Source of the DNA: Macrostomum lignano | Lineage: Eukaryota | Length of the DNA stretch: 64,000 nucleotides | Reading direction: 5' to 3' | NCBI GenBank assembly: GCA_002269645.1 | Contig: NIVC01000414.1 | Coordinates: forward strand, 124,001-188,000 | Part shown: in pieces, positions 25,612-37,600 of the stretch | How positions within the stretch are numbered: position 1 is the first letter of the stretch | Layout: each line of letters starts with the position of its first letter | Notes under the pieces: model-generated | What the model saw: the letters and a program-made list of their open reading frames with translations, nothing else | Told to the model about the DNA's origin: nothing | Databases searched by the model: none | Position numbers and translations under genes: made by a program

Positions 25612-28600
25612 TTAATTGCTTGCGTCTGGATCAGCGGGTCCATGAGCATCGTCATCAGCCAGTTTATGAGCATCTTCACTAGTTGGTGCATGACCATCGT
25701 CATTATCCGGTGTATGAGCATTGACATAAGTTGATTTATGACCATCGTCATTAGCCGGTGTATGACCATCGTCATCAGCCGGTGTATGAGCATCGTCACT
25801 AGTTGGTTTATGACTATCGTCATCAGCCGGTGTATGAGCATCGTCACCAGTTGGTTCATGACTACCGTCATCAGCCGGTGTATGAGCATCGTCACCAGTT
25901 GGTTTATGAGCATCCTCACTAGTTGGTGCATGACCATCGTCATCAGCCGGTGTATGAGCATTGTCATGAGTTGGTGCATGACCATCGTCATCAGCCGGTG
26001 TATGAGCATCGTCATTAGCCGGTGTATGAGCATCGTCATGAACCGGTGTATGAGCATCGTCACCAGCCGGTTTATGACCACCGTCATCAGCCGGTGTATG
26101 AGCATCGTCATGAACCGGTGTATGAGCATCGTCATCAGCCGGTCCGTGATCAGCCTCAGATTCGGGATCCTGGGGTTCGACTTTGAACTCGGCGGCAGCC
26201 TCAGAGGCAGCTGGTGCGACATCACCAGGTTCCAGCTTAAGCTCAGTGGGCTTCTCAGCGTCCGCAGCGTCCATGGCTTCAACGCTGGCAGAGGACTGCG
26301 GCCGACTGTGCTGCAGGATGTTCATCAGAGCGGCCGCCGGGTTGGTGAGCAGCTCGGACGCTTTATTATCGTCATCATTCTCATCTACACGCACCTTGCC
26401 AGCATCCTCGGCGCACACGGGATGATAAATCCCGCCGTCGGGTAGCCGCACGCAGTCCAGCAGCATCCAGTCTTCGGCCTCGTCGTCCCAACGGTTGTCG
26501 AATGTCTCGAAGCAGACGCCGCATACGTTACGCTCGGGCTCCGGATAGGCGGAGACTCGACTGACTTGCTGGTGCTGCTGGTGGTGGTGCTGCTGTGCCT
26601 GATCCTGCAGGTGTTGAGTATGATACATTACAGATCCATTTTAGTTTGATGCAGATTGTTACTAATCTCAAATGAGTTCAGGAACTGACAGATTTCAAAT
26701 ACTCTTCAATATTGGTTTATATACTCTAGATCTAAAAGATGATCCAATCTCCGTTATAAACCATTAAAACCAGACAGAAGAAGTCTCTGTGTCATTTATA
26801 ACTGAAGCATCTTTAGACAGATTCCAAACCAGAATACATTAATCCTCGAATCCCAATCCTTAATTCTCGATTCCTAATCCTCGAATCTTAACCCTTAATT
26901 CTCGATTCCTAATCCTCGAATCTTAATCCTTAATCCTCGATTCCTAATCCTCTAAAATTAACCCTTAATCCTCGATTCCTAATCCTCGAATCTTAATCCT
27001 TGATCCTCGATTCCTAAATCCTAATCCTTAATCCTCAATTCCTAATCCTCGAATCCTAATCCTTAATCCTCAATTCCTAATCCTTAATTCCTAATCCTTA
27101 ATCCTCGAATGCCAATCCTTAATCCTCGAATCCCAATCCTTAATCCTCGAATCCCAATCCTTAATCATCAATCCTCAATTCATAATCCTCGAATCCTAAT
27201 CCCTAATCCTCGAATCATAATTCTTAATCCTCGAATCCTAATCCTTAATCCTCGAATCCTAATCCTTAATTCTCGAATCCTAATCCTTAATTCTCGAATC
27301 CTAATCCGTAATCCTCGAATCCTAATCCGTAATCCTCGAATCCTAATCCGTAATCCTCGAATCCTAATCCTTAATCGTCAAATCCTAATCCTTAATCCTC
27401 GAATCCTAATCCTTAATCCTCGAATCCTAATCCGTAATCCTCGAATCCTAATCCTTAATCCTCGAATCCCAATCCTTAATCCTCGAATCCTAATCCTTAA
27501 TCCTCGAATCCCAACCCTTAATCCTCGAATCCTAATCCGTAATCCTCGAATCCTAATCCTTAATCCTCGAATCCTAATCCGTAATCCTCGAATCCCAATC
27601 CTTAATCCTCGAATCCCAATCCTTAATCCTCGAATCCCAATCCTTAATCCTCGAATTCTAATTCTTAATCCTCGAATACCAATCCTTAATCCTTGATTCC
27701 TAATCTTTGAATCCTAATCCTTAATCCTTTAAGCCTAATCCTTAATCCTCGAATCCCATGCAGTCGTCGATCTCTCTAATCCTCGTTCCCAACCCACCTT
27801 TCTCGCCATAAAGTCGAGCGAGCCACCGGCAGCGGCCCCCCTGCCGCCAGACTTGGCCGATCGGTTTTTATTGGCCGCGGCGGCGGCGGCTTTCGCAGCT
27901 GCGGCAGCGGCTGCAGCGGCGGCGGCAGCTGCGGCGGCGGCCTCAACGGGGTCCTCGCCTTTGACGAGGGCAGTCCAGTGCGGAAACCAATTTCTGGACC
28001 GGATGGTGACGCCGAACAGGGCGGCGCGACGCTGATAGTGCCAGTCGAGATGATCGCGGCACTCCGGGGCCTCTTCGCTGTTGAAGCGCAGACCGCACTG
28101 CGGGCACTGGTAGCCCTCGTACAGCCGCTTAGTGATCATTGGCAGCGGCCTGTCGATGCCTTCAAAGCTGGTCAGATCGGGCTCCGGAGCATTCGCAGCG
28201 TCTGTCTTCTTGATGATGCCAAATTTGACCAGATTTTCGAATAGTTCCACTACTGTTGCTGGCTTCTGCTGCGGCTGCTGAGGTGCTTCCGGAGGCTGCT
28301 GCGGTGGCTGCGGCGGTCCCTGAGGCACCTGCTGTTGTTGCTGCTGCTGCTGCTGGGCCTTCTGCTGCATCTGCACCTCAGGATTCAAAGGCGGCAGGTG
28401 CAAATGCTGCGGACTGCCGAATGCGCCGTCGGTAGCCCAGCGCAGCACCGATCTGGGAATAGTCGGACAGATGTCCAAGGATGGAGTGACCGGCCGGCCA
28501 TTGGACAGCAGGGCCTGTAGGCGGACAGAGAACTGGCCGCTGGCGCCGTGTCCGAGAGTGATGGTCTTCGGGTTGGGGTCGTTGAACTGCACATTGAACG

Positions 28601-31600
28601 GCCGGCCGTGCACAATGAGCTCGTGAAATGGGCCGCCAAGACAGACCATGTGCGGCCGAAGGTTAAACAGCACCTTGGTGCAGGAGTTAATGCGCAGCTC
28701 AACAGGCTGGTGGGAGTCCACTCTGAGCAGAATCCTGCCGCCTGGCGGCATTTTGAAGCGAAGGGCTCGCGGCTGCTCGTCCAGTATGAGCAGAGGCTGG
28801 ATGCGGTCCAGCACCACCTGGAGGGGTGAGATGGGGTGTAGGGATAGCTCAAGGGATAGGGCTGTGAAGTATGAGTCCATGGGCGATTGCTGATACTTGG
28901 ATTGGATTCTTGTCGTTCGAAGGCGATTCTTTAGGTAGTCTAGGAGCGATTCTTGTGGTAGTCTAGGGGCGATTTTTGTGGTAGTCTAGGGGCGATTCTT
29001 GTGGTAGTCTAGGGGCGATTCTTGTGGTAGTCTAGGGGCGATTCTTGTGATGGTCTAGCCTGGGCGATTCTTGTGGTAGTCTAGGGGCGATTCTTGTGAT
29101 GGTCTAGCCTGGGCGATTCTTGTGGTAGTCAAAGGGGCGATTCTTGTGGTAGTCTAGGGTCGATTCTTGTGGTAGTTAAAAGATCCAACTCTTGTGGTAG
29201 TCTAGGGGCGCTTCTTGTGGTAGCTTAAGAGGCGATTCTTGTGGTAGTCAAAGGGGAGATTCTTGTGGTAGTCTAGGGGCGATTCTTGTGGTAGTCAAAG
29301 GGGCGATTCTTGTGGTAGTCTAGGGTCGATTCTTGTGGTAGTCTAGGGGCGATTCTTGTGGTAGTCTAGGGCGATTCTTGTGGTAGTCTAGGGGCGATTT
29401 TTGTGGTAGTCTAGGGGCGATTCTTAAGGTAGTCTAAGAGCGATTCTTAAGGTAATCAAAGAGGAGATTCTTGTGGTGGTTAAAGAGGCGATTCTTGTGG
29501 TAGTTAAAGATCCAACTCTTGTGGTAGTCAAAGGGGAGATTCTCTGTGTTGTTATTCTCGAAAATAAAATTTTAAAAGGCGCTAGCCATATGGTTTAAAT
29601 TTGCATCAGCCCAGGTTTAGCTCCTCCCTCACCTGGCGAATCTCTCCATCAATCTGGATATTTTTAGTTGCCTCAAAGCGGTCTCTTAGCGGAGCGAGCA
29701 GCCTCGGATCGCAGCCAATCTGAGGAAACTCCGGCATGTCGGGCACATTGACCCGCCAGCGAAACAGGTCTTTGAAGACTGGCTCAGGCCGGACGCGACT
29801 CTGCTGGTGCTGACGGCCTGGCGGAGGCATCGATTGCGGTGGCGGCAGCGGCTGGCAACTGTCAGAAGCCTGTTGCCCCAGCAGGGCGTCAAGCAGACTG
29901 TCAACATGCTGAGGAATCTGACTACTGCTGCTGCTAGAAGAAGAAGTCGATTGCTGGCACGGTTTCTGTTGAGCAACAGGGGCTGCGGCAGCCAACTCGG
30001 CCTCGAGTGTTCTCAAACAGCCAGTTAACTGCTGGCGCATCTCGGGTTTGAGTCCGCCAGCCGCCAGCATCCGCCGGATTTGCGCAGCCTGTTGCTCCAT
30101 CATCTCTCGACTTTCGGCCGGTCCGCTGGCGGCCTCCTGGGCGAGAGTTGACGGGAGATTGAAATCGTGAGCGGCGATACAAGGGAGAGGGCTGGGGGCC
30201 TTCGATGTGAAGTGTGCGGTTTTGTGACAAAGACTCAAGTGGATGGCCATTCAGTTTAAAAAAACAGAGAATTAGATACAAACTTCATCAGCTCGAAACA
30301 AAGTAGGGCAGATTTTTATTAAATGTTTAGTTTCCAAATCATCCCGAAACTGAGGGAGTGATTTCTAATTTTATTTTCCTAGTAATTCAAGACTGAGGGC
30401 GATTCCTAAAGCCTAATTTTAGTTTCCTAATAATTAGGGGAGGTTCCTAAATAAGGAAGATTCCTAAATCCTAGTTTTAGTTTCCTATAAAGGAGTCAAA
30501 GACTAAGGGTGATTCCTAAATCCTAGCTAAGGAATCGCCCCTAGTCTTTGATTTCTTAATTTTTTAATTTTAATTACTTAATGAATGAAACACTAAGGGC
30601 GATTTCTCCTAAATCCTAATTTTAGTTTCCTATGGAGTGGAACACTAAGGGCGATTCCTAAATCCTAATTTTAGTTTCCTATGGAGTGGAACACTAAGGG
30701 CGATTCCTAAATCCTAATTTTAGTTTCCTATGGAGTGGAACACTAAGGGAGATTCCTAAATCCTAATCTTAGTTTTCTAATGAGTCAAAGCCTTTTTGGT
30801 AAGTTCTAAATTAATCCTTAATTTTAGTTTCCTAAATAAAAGCTAGACTGAGGACGAATCCCTGAATTGAGACTTAACTTTGTGGAGTCTAAGAACGATT
30901 CCAATTTCGAACGCCATGAAATCAATAACATTTTAACGATTAAACGACAGATTGAAAAAACAGAGATTCAGACAAGTTAGTGAACTTCTTAGAAGCGGTG
31001 TGTCTCAGAGTAACAGTTGCATACAGTACAAAGTAAGTAGACAGGTAAAATGATTATCAACGATTCAATATAATACAATAATCGATTAGAATGAAAAAAG
31101 CAACAAAATTTTATCTAGTTCAGTCTTGAACTTTAAAACATTAATCCTTTAGCTAAATAGCTTTGACACTGATATATATCTACAGTATTTAAATGTCTCT
31201 TCTGAACAGTTTAGAAGTAAAAACAAAGGCAAACAGTGGAACAGAATTAGAGTGCCGACACTGTCACTGCATGCTTTATTATTATTGTGCATTTTTTAAT
31301 ATCGTTGTTGGCAGTGACACATCCTCTGTTCCATGCACATGTAGTTATTAATTCAGTTTGGTCAGTCGAATTTGCTTTTTTTTAATTCTTCAAGCAGACA
31401 AGCATGAAACAGAAAACACGGAACAGTATAATGAAAAGTGAAGCGTTAATTAAACAGTTTACGGGTTAACAATGGAAGTAGGAACATCAGACACGCTTTT
31501 TTGTATTTTCTTTTCATTCACTAAGGAGTCAAAAATAAAATAAAAGTACAATAATAGCAGTAATCTGCAAACAATAAGATGCACATCATTAGCTTTGCTT

Positions 31601-34600
31601 GTATTTTGTTGACTTTGGTGTAATTGTGTAAAAATTATAATATATATAAATAAATGAATGCAAATTTTTGCGAGGACTTCAAGACTTGAATTGAAAATGC
31701 TAAAGCTCTGACTAGAGGATAAGGAAGACAAAATGCAGGTACCGATATACTTTGTGTGTGCAGACCTGAGCCGGTGGACGGCACCCTCGCGCAGCTTTGG
31801 GGTGCAACTTACTGTCTGGAATTGGCGCATATCAACATCAGAAGCTGCCGCAGCAAACTGGTCGCTGTGCCTCCGCCTGTACTGGCTCCAGCCTCTGCGC
31901 ATGTCCACATCATTAGCGGCCTGCTGCTGCGGCTGGCTGTGCCTGCCCTGCCGGACTCCCGTAGCAACAGACTCCGCCGCTTTCGGGTCGCCGACCGTGT
32001 CGATGACAAAGTCGCCGCCGCTGGCTGCGGCCTGCGGGTTGGCCACCGACATTCGCTTTCGACTGCTGGACTCGCCCAACCCATGCTGCTGCTGCTGCTG
32101 CTGGGTGGTGGTGGAGTCTGGAGAGTCCGGTGAGTGGCAGCGCTTGCGTGCGACACCAACCACATTGCTGCCATTCTGCTGCTGCTGCTGCTCCGGCGGC
32201 TGAGGGGCCAGGATGGGCCAAGCGGGATCAATCTCCCGCACCGCTAGGTCCAAGCTATGCAACACCGACTGGCTGAAATGCTCTGGCCAAGTTTTGCGCA
32301 GCTCGAACAATTTCTTGCGCATCTTTTCGTCGCCTTTGCGAAACACGTTGGCGAAGTTCTGCACCAGGTTGGCGCCAAACAGCTTCGGGTATTGGGAGGT
32401 CTTGAAGTTCTTTACAATGGAATCCATCAGGTAGAGGTGAGCCAGCTTCCTGTTAACTTGCACCTGAAATTAGAGAGAGAGTGGGATGTTTAGGTTAAGA
32501 AAAAATTAGGCAAAAATACGTGCTAAATGCTCGCTACTGCTACTGAAAGTAAGTAGTCAGAAAGTACACAACTCTACTAAAATCGTGTCGTTTAACACTG
32601 AACTGAAGCATAAAGAAAGAGCCGAAATGTCATTTATATGCCAATCAGAAAAAAAAACTTTACGAACAACGGAGTAACAACGATTTGCGCCTTTGCAATA
32701 GGTTTGAGTTCGAGCAAAAGAATTACAACTAAGATAGTTTTGATTCACTTGGTGGCCTAAACTAGGGACTTCAATGAGGCAAAATTATCCCGTTCAAAAT
32801 TGTAAAAATGGCAAAAAAAGCCTATCTTTCTACACTTATAACTATTGAAAGGAGTAAAGTGTGAAGTAAAGTTAATATACTTTGAAAAGGCAACATTTTT
32901 TTCTTTCAAATAAGACCAGCTTTATTGAAAACCATTGATTTATTACAAAGCTATACTTACTCAAAGTTTTGCTTTCTTTTAAAAAAAAATGTATGTGTGA
33001 CGGTTGCAAAAAATGCACATGTTTCGGAATTTGAATTTTTCTAAGAAATGCATCATTTTTTATGCAATGAAACGATTGTAATACAAAGGGAATACATTAG
33101 AGAACATTTTAAAGACTTTTCAGCCATATTTGTTATTATGCAAGTAGGAGAAAAACATGTTTTTTTTAGTTTTTATCATTTTACTCACTGAAGCTCCATA
33201 GCGCCGCAGTTCTCCCATAGCTAATCAGACGCCCACATTTGTTAGCTACAAGACGAAAAAAGAATCATGAAAATCGGTTGCTGCGCAATGCTGCGCGAGC
33301 AGTTTAAAGTCAGCCATCCCATTTGTGATCAAAGTAGGTTTTGCCCTTGAATCATTAGGGCGATCATGAACTTTCCCGCGTTTAATTATTTTTTATCTTG
33401 TTCGTAAATTTCCAGCTTTGAAGACATTGAAGACATGGCCGGAAGACCTGCCGCACCAACAACTATAGTCGAGCCAGCCGATGTTCTTCCTGCCATTGAG
33501 CTGACCGAGTTGGACCTCAACCACCGTGAGCTGGCCCTGCTGACGGATGACACAGCAGTCCAGTGGCTGGCACGGCATGGACTTCTGCGGAACAGCATCG
33601 ACTGCCCGAACTGTGCCACCGCAATGTCCTATTCTGGATCTGCCACTACTACCCCTGCTGACTGTGACTCTTTATTAACTAATAATCGTGGTACCTAGTG
33701 TTTTTTATGCCCCTGAACTTTAATAATACTAATTTTCATCACCCCGCACTTAAAGGTTACGAACAAGATAAAAAAATAATTAAACGCGGGAAAGTTCATG
33801 ATCGCCTCATTAGTTTGTCATTCGGCTGTTTTTCTACTTGACCATTATGATTATAACCGATGCTTGCATTTTAGGCAGCTTGCACATGCTTTCGTGCATT
33901 TCAGAAGCGATCAGGTTTCGGGGATTAATCGTCATCCTCTAGCATGTTCAGATCACCAGCGTAGAAGTCCGAGTACAGGTTGTACTCGAATCTTTCTCCA
34001 GGGAAATTGTCGAACTCGACCTCAAACATCCTGGACAGGATGTCCAAGTTCCGAGCCGTCGGCAACTCGCGGATGACGGCGCCCTCTTCCCACTGCTCCC
34101 ATCGGCATACAAGAACTTCACTTCAATTCTTCGTCCAGGCAGCTCTGGGCAGGACTCGAGCGTCCGAACTGTGGTTTCAGGAGCCTCGTCTGCAGCATCG
34201 TCATCGTCCTGAATTCTCCATCCTCGTCCCCTGCCTCTACCGCGTCCTCGGCCACGTCCTCGGCCGCGTCCTCGGCCGCGTCCTCGCTGAGGCGCCGGCG
34301 GCTGGACCTCACGTGGCTTCAGCTTCTTGGCCACCAGCTCACGGACTCTTGCGCTACATTCTTGGGGCGGCAGAACGTCTCCAGACGCAGAAGTGGAGGC
34401 AGAAGGGACGAGCTCCTGCTCTTGAGCATTCAGGATGTCAAGGAGCTCCCCCAGCTGATCCTGAAGCTGAGCTGTGCTGTGCTGCCTGCCTCTCTCCGAG
34501 AAGTGCAGCAGCGTAACCTTGCCTGGTGGCAGCGGAGCCTCTAAAATGTGTTAAATAAATTGCTTAGAATAGATAGCAAAATAGTCCCATGTATTCGTAG

Positions 34601-37600
34601 CTTACGCATGGCCTTGTGAAGTCGAAGCTGGGCTTTCACAGCCTGCTCGACGCTGTTGGCCGCGAGGGATGGGATGACCGCATACATCTCCTCGCGAGTC
34701 TTCCAAAGGCCGCCGTACTGAAGTACGATGCGCGACTGTTTCCGGAGATTGGCGGCCTCCTTCTCCTTCTTGCGACGCTTATCGTCCAGTCGCTGTTGCA
34801 GCAGCTCCTGTCGAGTATTCTGTAGCATCTCACCTGATGCTCGCCATCGCTTTTCCATCAGCGGAGCCAGCACGCGAGCCCTTGCGAAAACAGCATCGCG
34901 CTCCTCGGCTGTCTTTTGCTGAATCCACTCACTGGTTGCGTTCTGGCCGAATAGCACCAGCGCTTCACGAGCAAGCGGCCTCATGTTTGGCTTGTCGCGC
35001 ACGCCTTTGTCAAGGATGCCGAAGACTCGCTCACCGGGAACGTTGTCCTTCGGAGCGCCTGCAGCGTGCTGCGAATCCTCAGCCGACAGCTGGCGAAGCT
35101 GACCTCCTGGCAGGTGGTCCCGGACCTCTCGCTCAGCCAGTACAACCATGGAGGCGCAGATGGTCTAAAGGAAATGGATAAGTGAAATATGTACATATAG
35201 GTGTAGTTATAGACGCTGCGAAATTCAACAGGTCAAAGCTGCAATCCACACAAACTTACCTGAACTGCAAGCGTCACCAAAGCATTGTCGGCGATCGTCA
35301 CCTCATCGGTCGTCAAACTCTCCCACACAGTTCGAGCCTCCTGATCCTTCAGTATGCTCTCCATGATGTCCGGGAACGGGCCGGTCGATGAGCTCGACAC
35401 CACGAACGCAGAAGTCGCGACAGACCGCAGCCACTGACACGCCGTCTCGTAATGTTTGTTCATGTCAATGATGCTGACCTGCTGATGCCGGAGCAGCACC
35501 CACAGCGGCCGGACAAAGAGGAAGTCGATCAGCCCAAGTGCGCGGCACCCACACAGCAGCAGTCGAGCATTCACGTCGGCATTGACTGCAAGCAGAAGCC
35601 GGTTGGAGTTCGGGTACTGGCGCAGAAACAATGCGATCATATCTCGTTGCCAGAAGATGAAGCCTCCATTCGGGAAGATTACGTAACTGCGGTTACCACG
35701 GAAATCTTCCATCCGGAATCGGCCACCGTCCGTCTCGGACCTGACGAAGGTTGCAAACTGCGAGGCGACACCAGCCTGCTCGTCGCCCAGTGGGTGTAGC
35801 GCCTTGCACGCCGTGCGAATGAGGCGCTGTGTGCCGGATTCTGCCTTCGACGGGCGGAAAGCGCCCAGAGCAGCGGCACCGACAGGACCTGAGGCGACAG
35901 ACTTCTCAAAGTCACGCAACGCTGACTCAGCTGCAGCAGCCAGATTGACAATTAAGTGCATTCCGCAGTAAAGAGCGATCACCGGCGATGGTGCTGACAT
36001 CCCGAGATTCTGGGCGAGCGGCTCGCGCATCTCGTCCAACAGCAGGCGAAGGCTGCGATTCACGACGTGGCGATCGGTCATCATGAACTTGATGCGGAGC
36101 AGCACACTCGCCTTCAGTCGCCGATGCTCCTGCTCACGCTCAGCATCAGTCCAGTCGCTAGCTTCTTGGCTGATGAGGGACACGAAGGCGTCAATCAACT
36201 CATCCATCGAGGAGTCCATCTCACGAGCATACATCCGTGCGGTGCCGCCCTCCACCTCTCGGAGACTCAAGGTCACTTGGCAACCGTCGCCAGTGTCAAC
36301 CTGCGGTTTTGGGAATGTAAGAAACTATATGAGTTTCAACCCTGACAATTCCATACCAGTACATGCACACAAGCTATTTACCTGGTACTCGGCGAAGTGG
36401 CGACCCTTCTTGGAAGTAGCATCGGTCATCAGCGTCAGTGGCCGGTCATCATCGACGGCCTTCAGGATCTTCTCCAGCGCCGCAGCCTTAGCCAGACTGC
36501 TGCCGATGCTGTAGGCCAAGGTGGTCACCAGGGTAGTAGAAGGCAGGCGCAGCTGCTGGACAGCAAACCCTCCCAGTGTGCCAAGCACTGTGCTGATGGT
36601 TGGACTGACCAGTTGCACTGGCACATGGCAGTCCAGTACGAGACGCACACAGGTCTCAATCACTGGCCGGGTGAACTGCAGGCCACCTCGCTCCGGGCGG
36701 GTCTCCATTGTCTTGAGCACAGTAAAGTGAGGCTCTGTGCTCCGGCAAATGGTGTCGTGGGCAGCACGGACCTCTCGCTGCAATGACGCGATGGTCTCCC
36801 TCGCCTTGGTCAGATCGCGCGTTCTCCGTAGCAGAAGCTTCCTCTGATCCTGCAGGCGACGATTCTGTGCACGCAGCGATTTCGACAATGGGTCGATTCT
36901 GGTGCTGTTGGAGTCGTCCCTAGATGCAGTGGCAGCAGCAGCAGAAGCCGTGGAAGCTTGAACCAACTTCAAACGCTTCTGGTAGCGCCTGACGCGTTGC
37001 GACCAGACGCGAGTCGGCGGCCGACAGCGAAGCTGGCGCCTCAGCTTCTCCACTTCTGCATCCTTTAGTGCCACTTTGGCCTCCAAGCACTCGACATAGG
37101 TTGTCAGCTTGTTCAGCTGGTCTTGCAGTTCAGCAGCAGCAGCCTTGAAAGCAAAGGATAAGAATTGGCTTGGCACTTCAACTGCATCCATTGGCATGTT
37201 TCGATTTTCTTAGAAACTTACCTGTATGCCAGAAATCTCCTCCATTGAGATGCTCTGCCCAGTGGCATGTCGTTTTCTGCTGGTCAGAGGCTTGACTGGA
37301 GTGCTAGTGCTTGGATCAGCAATTGATCCTGGTCCAGTAGGCTCTGCATCTGACACAACTATGCCATGATCATGTTGAGCAGGAGGTTCAAATGGACTGT
37401 CAAGAAAGTCCTGTAGTACTTGTGCAGATCCAGGTCTAGAGGCTGACTTTGATAATGTTTGTGCCTTCTGCTTCAGCCTTACCAAGTACTTGTATAAGGG
37501 CCAAGTTGCTTCTGTCTGCTTAGGAGCAATGGCAGCCTCAATGACTCCAACTTCCAGCTGCTGCTGGTTGAGGGCAGCCTGAACAGCCATGCGGCCACCA

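Noticed and set aside
25344-26445. Alternative-frame ORFs (MTMLIHRL and MSIVISRC repeats) over the Pcf11 tail
   Set aside because: Shadow frames of the 24-bp repeat; only the DDAHTP frame is continuous with the conserved zinc finger.
27109-27696. ILNPR repeat ORF
   Set aside because: Antisense reading of the Pcf11 intron 4 minisatellite.
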